This document shows positions 31,304-41,522 of a stretch of 64,000 nt of DNA, piece after piece (within the stretch, counting starts at the first letter, position 1; each line of letters begins with the position of its first letter). A program made the position numbers and the translations under genes. The notes under the pieces are model-generated. The model did no database searches, had not been told where the DNA came from, and saw nothing but the letters and a program-made list of their open reading frames with translations. This stretch comes from an uncultured Oscillospiraceae bacterium. GTDB lineage: Bacteria > Bacillota > Clostridia > Oscillospirales > Oscillospiraceae. The stretch lies in the NCBI GenBank assembly GCA_944387125.1, contig CALXDT010000105.1, positions 220 through 64,219 of the forward strand, given 5' to 3'.

Positions 31304-31410
31304 TACTGTTTCTTGATGAAAGGATTTCCCTTTCATCAAGAAGGCACCGCCTTACGGCGGAAAGCCCCGGCGGGGGAGCCTGCCGGAATCATAAGGAGGA
31401 ATAATCGTTT

Positions 31411-32832
31411 ATGGGTGGCTTTTTCGGAGTAATTTCCCACAAGAACTGTATTTACGACGTGTTTTTCGGCACGGACTATCACTCGCACCTGGGCACCCGC
31501 CGGGCGGGACTGGCCTTTTATGACCATAAGGCAGGCTTCCAGCGGCAGATCCACAGGATTGAGAACACCCCCTTCCGCACCAAATTTGAAAACGACCTGT
31601 CCAAATTCACCGGCCATTCCGGCATCGGCAGCATTTCCGACACGGATCCCCAGCCGCTGCTGGTGCGCTCCCACCTGGGAATGTTTGCCATCTCCACCGT
31701 TGGCATCATCAACAACGCCGAGTCCCTGGTGGAGAAGACCTTTTCGGGACCGGGCAAGCAGATGATGGCCATGTCTTCCGGCAGCGTCAACGCCAGCGAG
31801 CTCACCGCCGCTTTGATCAACCAGAAGGACAATCTGGTGGAGGGCATCCGCTTCGCCCAGGAGACCATCGACGGATCCTGCACCATTTTGCTGCTGATGA
31901 AGGATTGCATCATTGCCGCCCGGGACCGGCTGGGACGGCTGCCGGTGCTGGTGGGCAAAAGCCAGGATGGCTTCTGCGTCTCCTTTGAGTCCTTTGCCTA
32001 TCACAAGCTGGGCTATGAAGACCACTACGAGCTGGGTCCCGGCGAAATCGTGAAGATCACGGAAAACGAAGTGGAGCAGCTGCAGGCGCCCGGGGACAAG
32101 ATGAAAATCTGCGCCTTCCTGTGGACCTATTACGGCTACCCCAACTCCAACTATGAGGGCAAAAATGTAGAGCTGATGCGCTACCGCAACGGCGAAATCA
32201 TGGCCAGGGACGAGGAAAAGAACGGCACCATGCCCGAGGTGGATTATGTGGCCGGCGTGCCGGATTCCGGACTGCCCCATGCCATCGGCTATGCCAACTA
32301 TTCCCACAAGCCCTTTGCCCGCCCCTTTGTCAAATACACCCCCACCTGGCCCCGCTCCTTTACCCCGGCCGACCAGGAAATGCGCAACCTGGTGGCCCAG
32401 ATGAAGCAGATCCCGGTGCCGGAATTGATCCAGGACAAAAAGCTGATGTTCGTGGACGACTCCATTGTGCGGGGCACCCAGCTGCGGGAGACGGTGGAAT
32501 TCCTCTACAGCAACGGCGCCAAGGAAGTGCATATGCGCTCCGCCTGTCCGCCGATTATGTACGGATGCAAATACCTGAACTTCTCCCGGAGCAATTCGGA
32601 GATGGAGCTGCTGGCGCGCCGGACCATCCAGAATCTGGAAGGTCTGGAAGGCCAGAAGCATGTGGCGGAGTATGCCGACAGCTCCACCCACCGGGGCCAG
32701 TGCATGCTCAAGGCCATCTGTGAGGAGATGGGCTTCGACTCCCTGGGGTATCAGTCTCTGGACGGCCTGCTGGAAGCCATCGGGCTGGATCGGGACAAGG
32801 TCTGCACCTACTGCTGGAACGGGGAAGAATAA
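31411..32832 (+). CDS. purF: Amidophosphoribosyltransferase (MGGFFG variant)
   Basis: VPDSG, VDDSIVRGT PRPP loop, four Fe-S-type Cys (KICAF, SACPP, CTYCW). Confidence 0.93.
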   Translation: MGGFFGVISHKNCIYDVFFGTDYHSHLGTRRAGLAFYDHKAGFQRQIHRIENTPFRTKFENDLSKFTGHSGIGSISDTDPQPLLVRSHLGMFAISTVGIINNAESLVEKTFSGPGKQMMAMSSGSVNASELTAALINQKDNLVEGIRFAQETIDGSCTILLLMKDCIIAARDRLGRLPVLVGKSQDGFCVSFESFAYHKLGYEDHYELGPGEIVKITENEVEQLQAPGDKMKICAFLWTYYGYPNSNYEGKNVELMRYRNGEIMARDEEKNGTMPEVDYVAGVPDSGLPHAIGYANYSHKPFARPFVKYTPTWPRSFTPADQEMRNLVAQMKQIPVPELIQDKKLMFVDDSIVRGTQLRETVEFLYSNGAKEVHMRSACPPIMYGCKYLNFSRSNSEMELLARRTIQNLEGLEGQKHVAEYADSSTHRGQCMLKAICEEMGFDSLGYQSLDGLLEAIGLDRDKVCTYCWNGEE

Positions 32833-32865
32833 ATAATCTTGATCGAATAGATAAAGGAGAGCGCC

Positions 32866-33918
32866 ATGGATCACAAGAATTCCTATTCTGCCAGCTACGC
32901 CGCCGCCGGGGTGGACATCACCGCCGGCTATCAGGCGGTGGAGCTGATGAAAAAGCACGTGGCCCGCACCCGCAACGAAGGCTGCCTGGATGATGTGGGC
33001 GGCTTCGGCGGCTGCTTCGGCCTGAATACCGCCGGGATGGAAGCGCCGGTGCTGGTCTCCGGCACCGACGGCTGCGGCACCAAGGTCAAGCTGGCCATCC
33101 TCATGGACAAGCACGACACCATCGGCATTGACTGTGTGGCCATGTGTGTCAACGACATCATCTGCGTGGGCGCCAAGCCTCTGTTCTTCCTGGATTATAT
33201 CGCCTGCGGCAAGAACGTCCCCGAGAAGATCGCCCGGATTGTATCCGGCGTGGCGGAGGGCTGTGTGCAGGCCGGAGCCGCCCTCATCGGCGGCGAGACT
33301 GCCGAGCATCCGGGGATGATGCCTGCGGAAGACTACGACCTGGCGGGCTTTGCCGTGGGGATCGTGGACAAGAAAAAGATCATCGACAACAGCCGCATGG
33401 CGGCGGGGGACGTGGTCATCGCCCTGCCCTCCACCGGCATTCACTCCAACGGCTTCTCCTTGTGCCGGAAGGTGTTCAACATCGACAACAACGATCTCCT
33501 GCTTTATGTCCCCCGGGAGGAGCTGGCGGGAAAAACCATTGCTGAAGCGCTGCTCACCCCCACCAGGATCTATGTAAAGCCTGTGCTGGCGCTGTTGGAG
33601 CAGGTGGATGTGAAGGGCATCTCCCACATCACCGGCGGCGGCTTCTACGAGAACATTCCCCGCTCCATTCCCCACGGCCTGTGCGCCAGAATTGAGAAAA
33701 GCGCCGTGAAAATCCTGCCCATCTTCGACCTGATCGCCAGGTTCGGCAATATCCCGGAACGGGACATGTTCAACACCTATAACATGGGCGTGGGCATGAG
33801 CGTGGTGGTGCCCGCCGCCCAGGCGGAAACCGCGCTGGCCATTTTGCGGGAATACGGCATTGACGCCTACCCCATGGGCACCATTGTGGCCGGGGAAGAA
33901 AAGGTGATGCTGGTATGA
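32866..33918 (+). CDS. purM: AIR synthetase
   Basis: YAAAGVD, GTDGCGTK, GGETAEHPG, HSNG, HITGGG. Confidence 0.97.
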   Translation: MDHKNSYSASYAAAGVDITAGYQAVELMKKHVARTRNEGCLDDVGGFGGCFGLNTAGMEAPVLVSGTDGCGTKVKLAILMDKHDTIGIDCVAMCVNDIICVGAKPLFFLDYIACGKNVPEKIARIVSGVAEGCVQAGAALIGGETAEHPGMMPAEDYDLAGFAVGIVDKKKIIDNSRMAAGDVVIALPSTGIHSNGFSLCRKVFNIDNNDLLLYVPREELAGKTIAEALLTPTRIYVKPVLALLEQVDVKGISHITGGGFYENIPRSIPHGLCARIEKSAVKILPIFDLIARFGNIPERDMFNTYNMGVGMSVVVPAAQAETALAILREYGIDAYPMGTIVAGEEKVMLV

Positions 33919-34526
33919 GCGTGAACATTGCCGTGCTGGTCTCCGGGGGCGGCACCAATCTCCAGGCGCTGCTGGACGCCCGGGGAAGCGTCCTGAACAG
34001 CGGCAGGATTGCCCTGGTGATCTCCAACAATCCCACGGCCTATGCCCTGGAGCGGGCAAAGCGGGCGGGGATAGATACCGCTGTGGTGGTGAAGAAGGAT
34101 TTTCCCACCCAGGCCGCCTTTGAGGACCGGCTCCACGGCATTCTCCGGGAGCACGGGATCGACCTTTTGATTCTGGCGGGATTTATGACCATCCTGACGG
34201 AGGGGTTCACCAGCCGCTGGCCCCGGCGGATCCTGAACGTCCATCCCTCCCTGATCCCCAGCTTCTGCGGAGCGGGCTTCTATGGCCTGCGGGTGCATCA
34301 GGCGGCGCTGGAATACGGGGTAAAAGTCACCGGCGCTACGGTGCATTTTGTCAACGAAATTCCCGACGGCGGGGAGATCATCGCCCAGAAGGCGGTGGAC
34401 ATCCTTCCGGGCGATACTCCGGAGCGCTTACAGCGTCGGGTGATGGAACAGGCGGAGTGGATTCTGCTGCCCCAGGCGGCGGAACAGGTCTGCAGGGAAT
34501 TACTGTCCGCCAAGGCGGCCGATTGA
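33915..34526 (+). CDS. purN: GAR formyltransferase
   Basis: SGGGTNLQA, NVHPSL, GATVHFV. Confidence 0.97.
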   Translation: MSVNIAVLVSGGGTNLQALLDARGSVLNSGRIALVISNNPTAYALERAKRAGIDTAVVVKKDFPTQAAFEDRLHGILREHGIDLLILAGFMTILTEGFTSRWPRRILNVHPSLIPSFCGAGFYGLRVHQAALEYGVKVTGATVHFVNEIPDGGEIIAQKAVDILPGDTPERLQRRVMEQAEWILLPQAAEQVCRELLSAKAAD

Positions 34527-34542
34527 TAGGGGAGGAACCGGT

Positions 34543-35256
34543 ATGAACGTATATGAAACCAAAACGATGGAACAGCGGCTGGCGGGCAACCGCTACCCCG
34601 GGCGGGGCATCGTCCTGGGACTGACCCCCGACGGGAAAACCGCCGTGGCAGCCTACTTTATTATGGGGCGCAGCGTGAACAGCCGCAACCGGATCTTTGT
34701 GGAAGAGCCGGACGGCATCCGCACCCAGGCCTTTGACCCCGGCAAAATGGTGGATCCCAGCCTGATCATCTACCACCCGGTGCGGCAGCTGGGGCGGGGG
34801 CTGATCGTCACCAACGGCGACCAGACCGACACCATTCGGGAATTCCTGGAAAGGGGACAGCCCATGGAGCAGGCTCTGCGCACCCGGAAGTTTGAGCATG
34901 ACGGGCCCAACTGGACCCCCCGGATTTCCGGGCTGCTCAGCCCCGACGGCAGCTATAAGCTGTCCATTCTCAAATCCAACGACCCCGAGGGCAGCGGCTG
35001 CGCCCGGTTTACTTATGAATATCCCGGCAAGCCGGGGCTGGGTCACTTCCTGCACACCTATGTGTGCGACGGGGATCCGGTGATTCCCACCTTCCAGGGG
35101 GAGCCGGAGCGGATATGCATTCCTGAGAAACTGGATGATTTTACCGACGAACTGTGGAACAATCTGGACGCGGATAACAAAATTTCCCTGTTTGTCCGGT
35201 ACACGAATCTGGAAACCGGCGAATATGAACAGCGGATTATCAACAAGCACGGCTAA
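34543..35256 (+). CDS. Stand-alone IMP cyclohydrolase (PurO-like)
   Basis: YPGRGI, YFIMGRS.NSR, VTNGDQTD, TPRISG; precedes AICAR transformylase. Confidence 0.85.
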   Translation: MNVYETKTMEQRLAGNRYPGRGIVLGLTPDGKTAVAAYFIMGRSVNSRNRIFVEEPDGIRTQAFDPGKMVDPSLIIYHPVRQLGRGLIVTNGDQTDTIREFLERGQPMEQALRTRKFEHDGPNWTPRISGLLSPDGSYKLSILKSNDPEGSGCARFTYEYPGKPGLGHFLHTYVCDGDPVIPTFQGEPERICIPEKLDDFTDELWNNLDADNKISLFVRYTNLETGEYEQRIINKHG

Positions 35257-35269
35257 GGAGGAGATTATT

Positions 35270-36454
35270 ATGAAGGAATTTCAGCTGAAGTACGGATGCA
35301 ACCCCAACCAGAAGCCCTCCCGGATCTACATGGCCGACGGCTCTGACCTGCCTCTGACCATTCTCAACGGTCGTCCCGGCTACATCAACTTCCTGGACGC
35401 CCTGAACGCCTGGCAGCTGGTGAAGGAGCTGAAAGAGGCCACGGGCATGGCCGCCGCCACCTCCTTTAAGCACGTGTCGCCCACCTCCGCCGCCGTGGGC
35501 AAGCCCCTGTCGGAGGCTCAGAAGAAGGCCTGCTTTGTAGAGGATGTGCCGGGTCTGGACGCCAATCCCCTGGCCTGCGCCTACGCCCGAGCCAGAGGCA
35601 CCGACCGGCTGTGCTCCTTCGGGGACTGGGTGGCCCTGTCCGATACCTGCGACGCCCTCACCGCCAGCCTCATTGCCAGGGAAGTGTCCGACGGCGTCAT
35701 CGCCCCGGGCTATACCGACGAAGCCCTGGCCATCCTGAAGACCAAGCGCAAGGGCGGCTACAACGTGGTGGCCATTGACCCCGGGTATGTTCCTGCCGAG
35801 CAGGAGACCAAGCAGGTTTTCGGCATCACCTTCCAGCAGGGGCGCAACAACTTTACCATTGACCGGGATCTGCTGGGGAATCTGGTGACGGAAAACAAGG
35901 AACTGCCGGAAAGCGCGAAAATTGATCTGATCGTGGCGCTGATCACCCTGAAATACACCCAGAGCAACTCCGTCTGCTACGCCTGGGACGGCCAGGCCAT
36001 CGGCGTGGGAGCCGGTCAGCAGTCCCGGATCCACTGCACCCGGCTGGCCGGGAGCAAGGCGGACACCTTCTTCCTGCGGATGCATCCCAAGACCCTGAAC
36101 CTGCCCTTCCGGGAGGATCTGGGACGTCCCGGCCGGGATAACGTCATCGACGGCTATATCAACGGAAACGAAGAGGACGTATGCGCCGAGGGCATCTGGC
36201 AGAACTACTTCACCACCCGTCCGGAGCCTTTGACCCAGGAGGAAAAGCGCGCGTACCTGGACGGCATCACCGGGGTGGCCCTTGGCTCCGACGCCTTCTT
36301 CCCCTTCCCGGACAACGTAAAGCGTGCCAAGGCCTCCGGCGTCTGCTACATTGCCCAGCCCGGCGGCTCCATCCGGGACGATCTGGTGATTGAACAGTGC
36401 AACAAAATGGGCATTGCCATGTGCTTCACCGGTATGCGGCTGTTCCACCATTGA
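35270..36454 (+). CDS. purH: AICAR formyltransferase (PurH lacking the IMPCH domain)
   Basis: LKYGCNPNQ, FKHVSP, SFGD, GAGQQSR, SDAFFPF, QPGGS. Confidence 0.9.
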   Translation: MKEFQLKYGCNPNQKPSRIYMADGSDLPLTILNGRPGYINFLDALNAWQLVKELKEATGMAAATSFKHVSPTSAAVGKPLSEAQKKACFVEDVPGLDANPLACAYARARGTDRLCSFGDWVALSDTCDALTASLIAREVSDGVIAPGYTDEALAILKTKRKGGYNVVAIDPGYVPAEQETKQVFGITFQQGRNNFTIDRDLLGNLVTENKELPESAKIDLIVALITLKYTQSNSVCYAWDGQAIGVGAGQQSRIHCTRLAGSKADTFFLRMHPKTLNLPFREDLGRPGRDNVIDGYINGNEEDVCAEGIWQNYFTTRPEPLTQEEKRAYLDGITGVALGSDAFFPFPDNVKRAKASGVCYIAQPGGSIRDDLVIEQCNKMGIAMCFTGMRLFHH

Positions 36455-36492
36455 TCCGCTACATTTCACATACAGATAAGGAGAGGTGCCCT

Positions 36493-37758
36493 ATGCATAT
36501 TCTGGTTGTGGGCGGCGGCGGACGGGAACACGCCATCATCCGCTGCCTGAAAAAGAATCCCCAGGTGCAGACCGTATACGCCCTGCCGGGAAACGGCGGC
36601 ATTGCCGCCGACGCCCAGTGCGTCCCCATTGCCGCTACAGATATTGACGGCATCGCTGCCTTTGCCAAAAGCCACAGCGTGGACTACGCGGTGGTGGCGC
36701 CGGACGATCCCCTGGTGCTGGGCTGCGTGGATGTTCTGGAAAAGCTGGGAATTCCCTGCTTCGGCCCCCGGGCCAACGCCGCCATCATTGAAGGCAGCAA
36801 GGTCTTTGCCAAAAATCTCATGAAAAAGTACGGCATTCCCACCGCCGCCTATGAAGTATTTACGGAGCTGGACAAGGCGCTGGCTTACCTGGACACGGCC
36901 CCTGTCCCCACGGTGATTAAAGCCGACGGCCTGGCTTTGGGCAAGGGCGTGATCATCGCCCAGACCCGGGAGGAGGCAAAAGCCGCCGTCCGGGACATGA
37001 TGGAAGGCCATGTGTTCGGCAAATCCGGAGATCAGGTGGTCATTGAAGAGTTCCTCACCGGGCCGGAGGTGTCCGTGCTGGCCTTTACCGACGGAAAAAC
37101 CCTCAAGCCCATGGTCTCGTCCATGGATCATAAGCGCATCGGGGACAACGACACCGGCCTGAACACCGGCGGCATGGGCACTGTGGCGCCCAATCCCTAC
37201 TACACGGAAGAAATCGCCAAGGTCTGCATGGAAACCATTTTCCTGCCCACCATCCGGGCGATGAATGCCGAGGGACGCACCTTCAAAGGCTGCCTGTACT
37301 TCGGCCTGATGCTCACCCCCGCAGGCCCCAAGGTGATTGAGTACAACTGCCGCTTCGGAGATCCGGAGACCCAGGTGGTGCTGCCTCTGCTGGAAAGCGA
37401 TCTGCTGACGGTGATGCAGGCGGTAAGCAGCGGGACGCTGGAGCAGACGGAAGTGAAGTTTGCCACCAAGCACGCCTGCTGCGTGATTCTGGCATCCCAG
37501 GGCTATCCCGCCGGCTACCAAAAGGGCTGCGAGATCACCATGACGGAGGAGGCCGCCGCCCACACCTATGTGGCCGGTGCCAGGCTGGAAAACGGGAAGC
37601 TGCTGACCTCCGGCGGCCGAGTTACCGGCACCACCGCCGTGGCGGATTCCCTGGAGGAGGCCATCCGGGAGGCCTACCGGCTCAGCGACGGTGTTCGGTT
37701 TGAAAATGCCTACCGCAGAAGCGACATCGGCCGCCGTGCCCTCCAGGCCAACAGGTAA
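36493..37758 (+). CDS. purD: GAR synthetase
   Basis: GGGGREHA, KADGLALGKGV, NTGGMG, EYNCRFGDPE. Confidence 0.97.
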   Translation: MHILVVGGGGREHAIIRCLKKNPQVQTVYALPGNGGIAADAQCVPIAATDIDGIAAFAKSHSVDYAVVAPDDPLVLGCVDVLEKLGIPCFGPRANAAIIEGSKVFAKNLMKKYGIPTAAYEVFTELDKALAYLDTAPVPTVIKADGLALGKGVIIAQTREEAKAAVRDMMEGHVFGKSGDQVVIEEFLTGPEVSVLAFTDGKTLKPMVSSMDHKRIGDNDTGLNTGGMGTVAPNPYYTEEIAKVCMETIFLPTIRAMNAEGRTFKGCLYFGLMLTPAGPKVIEYNCRFGDPETQVVLPLLESDLLTVMQAVSSGTLEQTEVKFATKHACCVILASQGYPAGYQKGCEITMTEEAAAHTYVAGARLENGKLLTSGGRVTGTTAVADSLEEAIREAYRLSDGVRFENAYRRSDIGRRALQANR

Positions 37759-37773
37759 AGAAGGAGAGAACGT

Positions 37774-40700
37774 ATGGTATATCGGGTATTTGTAGAAAAG
37801 AGGGAAGGTCTTGACAACGAGGCCAGAGGACTGCTCAGCGAGGCAAAAAACCTGCTGGGGATTGACGCGCTGGAAAAGATCCGCCTGTTCAACCGCTACG
37901 ACGCGGAGAACATCTCCCGGGAGCTGTTCCGGTCCTGTGTGAAAACCGTCTTCTCCGAGCCGCAGCTGGACATCGCCTCGGAAACCGTGGAGCTGCCCGG
38001 GGCTTATGTGTTCGCGGTGGAATCTTTGCCCGGCCAGTTTGACCAGCGGGCGGACTCCGCCGCCCAGTGCATCCAGATCATCTCCCAGGGAGAGCGCCCG
38101 CTGATCCGCACGGCCAAGGTCTACGCCCTGTACGGCAAGCTCACGGACAGGGACATTGGGGAAATCAAAAAATACGTGATCAACCCGGTGGAGTGCCGGG
38201 AGGCTTCTCTGGAAATTCCGGAGACCCTGGCCATCCCCTACGAGGTGCCCAAGGATGTAGCCACCCTGGAGGGCTTCACCCGGCTGACCCGGGAGCAGCT
38301 TTCCGACTTCATCGGCCGGTACGGCCTGGCTATGGACTTAGACGACATCTGCTTCTGCCAGGACTATTTCCGCCGGGAGCGGCGGGATCCCACCATCACC
38401 GAGATCCGCATGATCGACACCTACTGGTCCGATCACTGCCGCCACACCACCTTCGGCACCATCATTGACCGGGTCAGCTTTGAAGACCCGCTGCTGCAGC
38501 AGACCTACCAGCTGTATCTGGACACCCGGAAGGCGCTGAACCGGGAGCACAAGCCCATCTGCCTGATGGATCTGGCCACCATTGCTGTCAAGCACCTGCG
38601 GGCTGCCGGAAAGCTCAACAAGCTGGACGAGTCCGAGGAGATCAACGCCTGCACGGTGAAGATGGACGTGACTGTGGATGGGGAGACCCAGCCCTGGCTG
38701 CTGCTGTTTAAAAACGAAACCCACAACCATCCTACGGAGATCGAGCCCTTCGGCGGCGCGGCCACCTGCATCGGCGGCGCCATCCGGGACCCCCTGTCCG
38801 GCCGCAGCTATGTCTACGGCGCCATGCGGGTTACAGGCGCGGCGGATCCCCTGACCCCCGTGTCCGAAACCATCCCCGGGAAGCTGCCCCAGCGGAAGAT
38901 CGTCACCACCGCCGCGGCGGGCTATTCCTCCTACGGCAACCAGATCGGCCTGGCCACCGGCATTGTGGATGAGATCTACCACCCGGGCTATGCCGCCAAG
39001 CGGATGGAAATCGGCGCGGTGATCGCCGCGGCGCCGGCGGAGAACGTCCGCCGGGAGCGTCCCGCCCCCGGGGATGTGGTGATCCTCCTGGGCGGCGCCA
39101 CCGGCCGGGACGGCATCGGCGGCGCCACCGGTTCCTCCAAAGCCCACAATATTTCCTCTGTGGAAACCTGCGGCTCCGAGGTTCAGAAGGGCAACGCTCC
39201 TGAGGAGCGGAAGCTGCAGCGGCTGTTCCGGAACCGGGAGGCGTCTCTGCTGATCAAGCGGTGCAACGACTTCGGCGCCGGCGGCGTGTCCGTAGCCATC
39301 GGCGAGCTGGCCGACGGCCTGACCATCAACCTCAACGCCGTGCCCAAGAAGTACGAGGGTCTGGACGGCACCGAGCTGGCCATTTCCGAATCCCAGGAAC
39401 GGATGGCTGTGGTGGTGGAGGCCAAGGATACGGCACGGTTCCTGGAGCTGGCGGAGTCGGAAAACCTCAACGCCGTGCCTGTGGCGGCGGTGACGGAGCT
39501 GCCCCGGCTGGTCATGACCTGGAACGGAAAGACCATCTGCGACATCAGCCGGGATTTCCTCAATTCCAACGGCGCGCCCAAACATACCGCCGCCGCCCCT
39601 GCCAAGGCGGAGCCCTATGAAAAGAAGGTCTCCGGCTCCTTCCGGGACAACTTCCTGAAGGCTGCCTCGGATCTGAACACCTGCTCCAAGCGGGGGCTTT
39701 CCGAGCGGTTCGACTCCACCATCGGCGCGGGCACGGTGCTGATGCCTTTCGGCGGCAAGCACCAGCTGACCCCCATCCAGGCCATGGTGCAGAAGATCAG
39801 CGTGGAAAAGCAGCATACCGACTGCTGCTCCTTCATGTCCTACGGCTACAACCCCTTCATCACCGAGAAAAGTCCCTACCACGGCGCCTACCTGGCGGTG
39901 GTGGAGTCGGTGTGCAAGCTCATTGCCACCGGCGCGTCCTTTGAAGATACCTACCTGACCTTCCAGGAATACTTCGAGCGGCTGGGCAAGGATCCTGCCC
40001 GGTGGGGCAAGCCCCTGGCGGCGCTGCTGGGCGCCTTCCAGGCCCAGATGGATCTGGGCATCGGCGCCATCGGCGGCAAGGACTCCATGTCCGGTTCCTT
40101 CGAGAATCTGGATGTGCCACCCACCCTGGTATCCTTCGCCGTGACCACCGGAAAAACCGCGGATGTGGTTTCCCCCGAGCTGAAGGAAGCCGGGCACACC
40201 CTCTGCCTGCTGAAGACCCAGTACGGCGAAAACGGCCTGCCGGACACCGCCTCTCTGCTGGAAAACTTCGCCGTGGTCACGGAGCTGCTGCGAACCGGCA
40301 AGGCGGCGGCCTGCTTCACCCCCGGCATGGGCGGTGTGGCGGAAGCGGCTATGAAAATGGGCTTCGGCAACGGCCTGGGGGTGGCCTTTGAAGACGGCCT
40401 GACCATGGAAGATCTGTTCGGCTATGCTTACGGCGCTTTTGTGCTGGAAATGACCCAGGGCACTGTGGGCACGGTTCTGGGAACCGTTACCCGGGACGGC
40501 AGCTTCTCCTACCGGGGAGAAGTCCTGGCGCACAGCCAGGTGCTGAGGGCCTATGAGGACAAGCTGGAACCGGTATTCCCCTGCAACATCCCCACCCGGG
40601 AACAGCCGATGGAAACCTTCTCCTTCCGGACGGAGAGCCGAAAGGCGCCGGCGGTGAAGTCCGCCCGCCCCAAGGTGCTGATTCCCGCCTTCCCGGGCAC

Positions 40701-41463
40701 CAACTGCGAATACGACTCCGCCAAGGCGGTGCGGGACGCCGGGGCAGAGCCGGAGATTATGGTGATCAACAACCTGTCCGCCCAGGGCATTGCCCGCAGC
40801 GTGGATCGGTTCGCGGAGGCTCTGAAAACCGCCCAGATGGTGTTTATCCCCGGCGGCTTCTCCGGAGGCGACGAGCCGGACGGCTCCGGCAAGTTCATCA
40901 CCGCCTTCTTCCGCAATGCCGCGGTGAAGGAAGGGGTTATGGAGCTGCTGGAGCGCCGGGACGGCCTGATGTGCGGCATCTGCAACGGCTTCCAGGCGCT
41001 GATCAAGCTGGGACTGGTGCCCTACGGAAAGATCATCGACACCGACGAAACCTGCCCGACCCTGACCTTCAACAACATCAGCCGCCACCAGAGCCGGATC
41101 GTCCGCACCCGGGTGGCCTCCAACAAGTCTCCCTGGCTGGCGCTGACCCAGGTGGGCGAGATTTACAACGTGCCCATCTCCCACGGGGAAGGCAAGTTCC
41201 TGGCCGGCGAGGAGCTGATCCGCTCGCTGGCGGCCAACGGCCAGATCGCCACCCAGTATGTGGATTTGGAAGGGAATCCCACCGCCGATGTGCGGTTCAA
41301 CCCCAACGGCTCCCTGTACGCCATTGAGGGCATCACCTCCCCTGACGGCCGTGTCTTCGGCAAAATGGGACACAGCGAACGGGTCGGCTCCGGGCTGTAC
41401 AGGAACGTTCCCGGAGAATATAACATCCGGATGTTCGAGGCCGCGGTGCAGTATTTTAAATAA
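37774..41463 (+). CDS. purL: Large FGAM synthase with fused glutaminase domain
   Basis: WSDHCRH, ETHNHPT, DFGAGG, SESQER, GICNGFQ, GHSER. Confidence 0.96.
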   Translation: MVYRVFVEKREGLDNEARGLLSEAKNLLGIDALEKIRLFNRYDAENISRELFRSCVKTVFSEPQLDIASETVELPGAYVFAVESLPGQFDQRADSAAQCIQIISQGERPLIRTAKVYALYGKLTDRDIGEIKKYVINPVECREASLEIPETLAIPYEVPKDVATLEGFTRLTREQLSDFIGRYGLAMDLDDICFCQDYFRRERRDPTITEIRMIDTYWSDHCRHTTFGTIIDRVSFEDPLLQQTYQLYLDTRKALNREHKPICLMDLATIAVKHLRAAGKLNKLDESEEINACTVKMDVTVDGETQPWLLLFKNETHNHPTEIEPFGGAATCIGGAIRDPLSGRSYVYGAMRVTGAADPLTPVSETIPGKLPQRKIVTTAAAGYSSYGNQIGLATGIVDEIYHPGYAAKRMEIGAVIAAAPAENVRRERPAPGDVVILLGGATGRDGIGGATGSSKAHNISSVETCGSEVQKGNAPEERKLQRLFRNREASLLIKRCNDFGAGGVSVAIGELADGLTINLNAVPKKYEGLDGTELAISESQERMAVVVEAKDTARFLELAESENLNAVPVAAVTELPRLVMTWNGKTICDISRDFLNSNGAPKHTAAAPAKAEPYEKKVSGSFRDNFLKAASDLNTCSKRGLSERFDSTIGAGTVLMPFGGKHQLTPIQAMVQKISVEKQHTDCCSFMSYGYNPFITEKSPYHGAYLAVVESVCKLIATGASFEDTYLTFQEYFERLGKDPARWGKPLAALLGAFQAQMDLGIGAIGGKDSMSGSFENLDVPPTLVSFAVTTGKTADVVSPELKEAGHTLCLLKTQYGENGLPDTASLLENFAVVTELLRTGKAAACFTPGMGGVAEAAMKMGFGNGLGVAFEDGLTMEDLFGYAYGAFVLEMTQGTVGTVLGTVTRDGSFSYRGEVLAHSQVLRAYEDKLEPVFPCNIPTREQPMETFSFRTESRKAPAVKSARPKVLIPAFPGTNCEYDSAKAVRDAGAEPEIMVINNLSAQGIARSVDRFAEALKTAQMVFIPGGFSGGDEPDGSGKFITAFFRNAAVKEGVMELLERRDGLMCGICNGFQALIKLGLVPYGKIIDTDETCPTLTFNNISRHQSRIVRTRVASNKSPWLALTQVGEIYNVPISHGEGKFLAGEELIRSLAANGQIATQYVDLEGNPTADVRFNPNGSLYAIEGITSPDGRVFGKMGHSERVGSGLYRNVPGEYNIRMFEAAVQYFK

Positions 41464-41472
41464 CTTACCCAT

Positions 41473-41512
41473 AAAAAAGCGCCTGGAAGGGAATCCTTCC
41501 AGGCACTTTTTT
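41473..41512. terminator. Bidirectional terminator purL/jag
   Basis: A6-GCCTGGAAGG..CCTTCCAGGC-T6. Confidence 0.88.
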
Positions 41513-41522
41513 GACGATCAGG

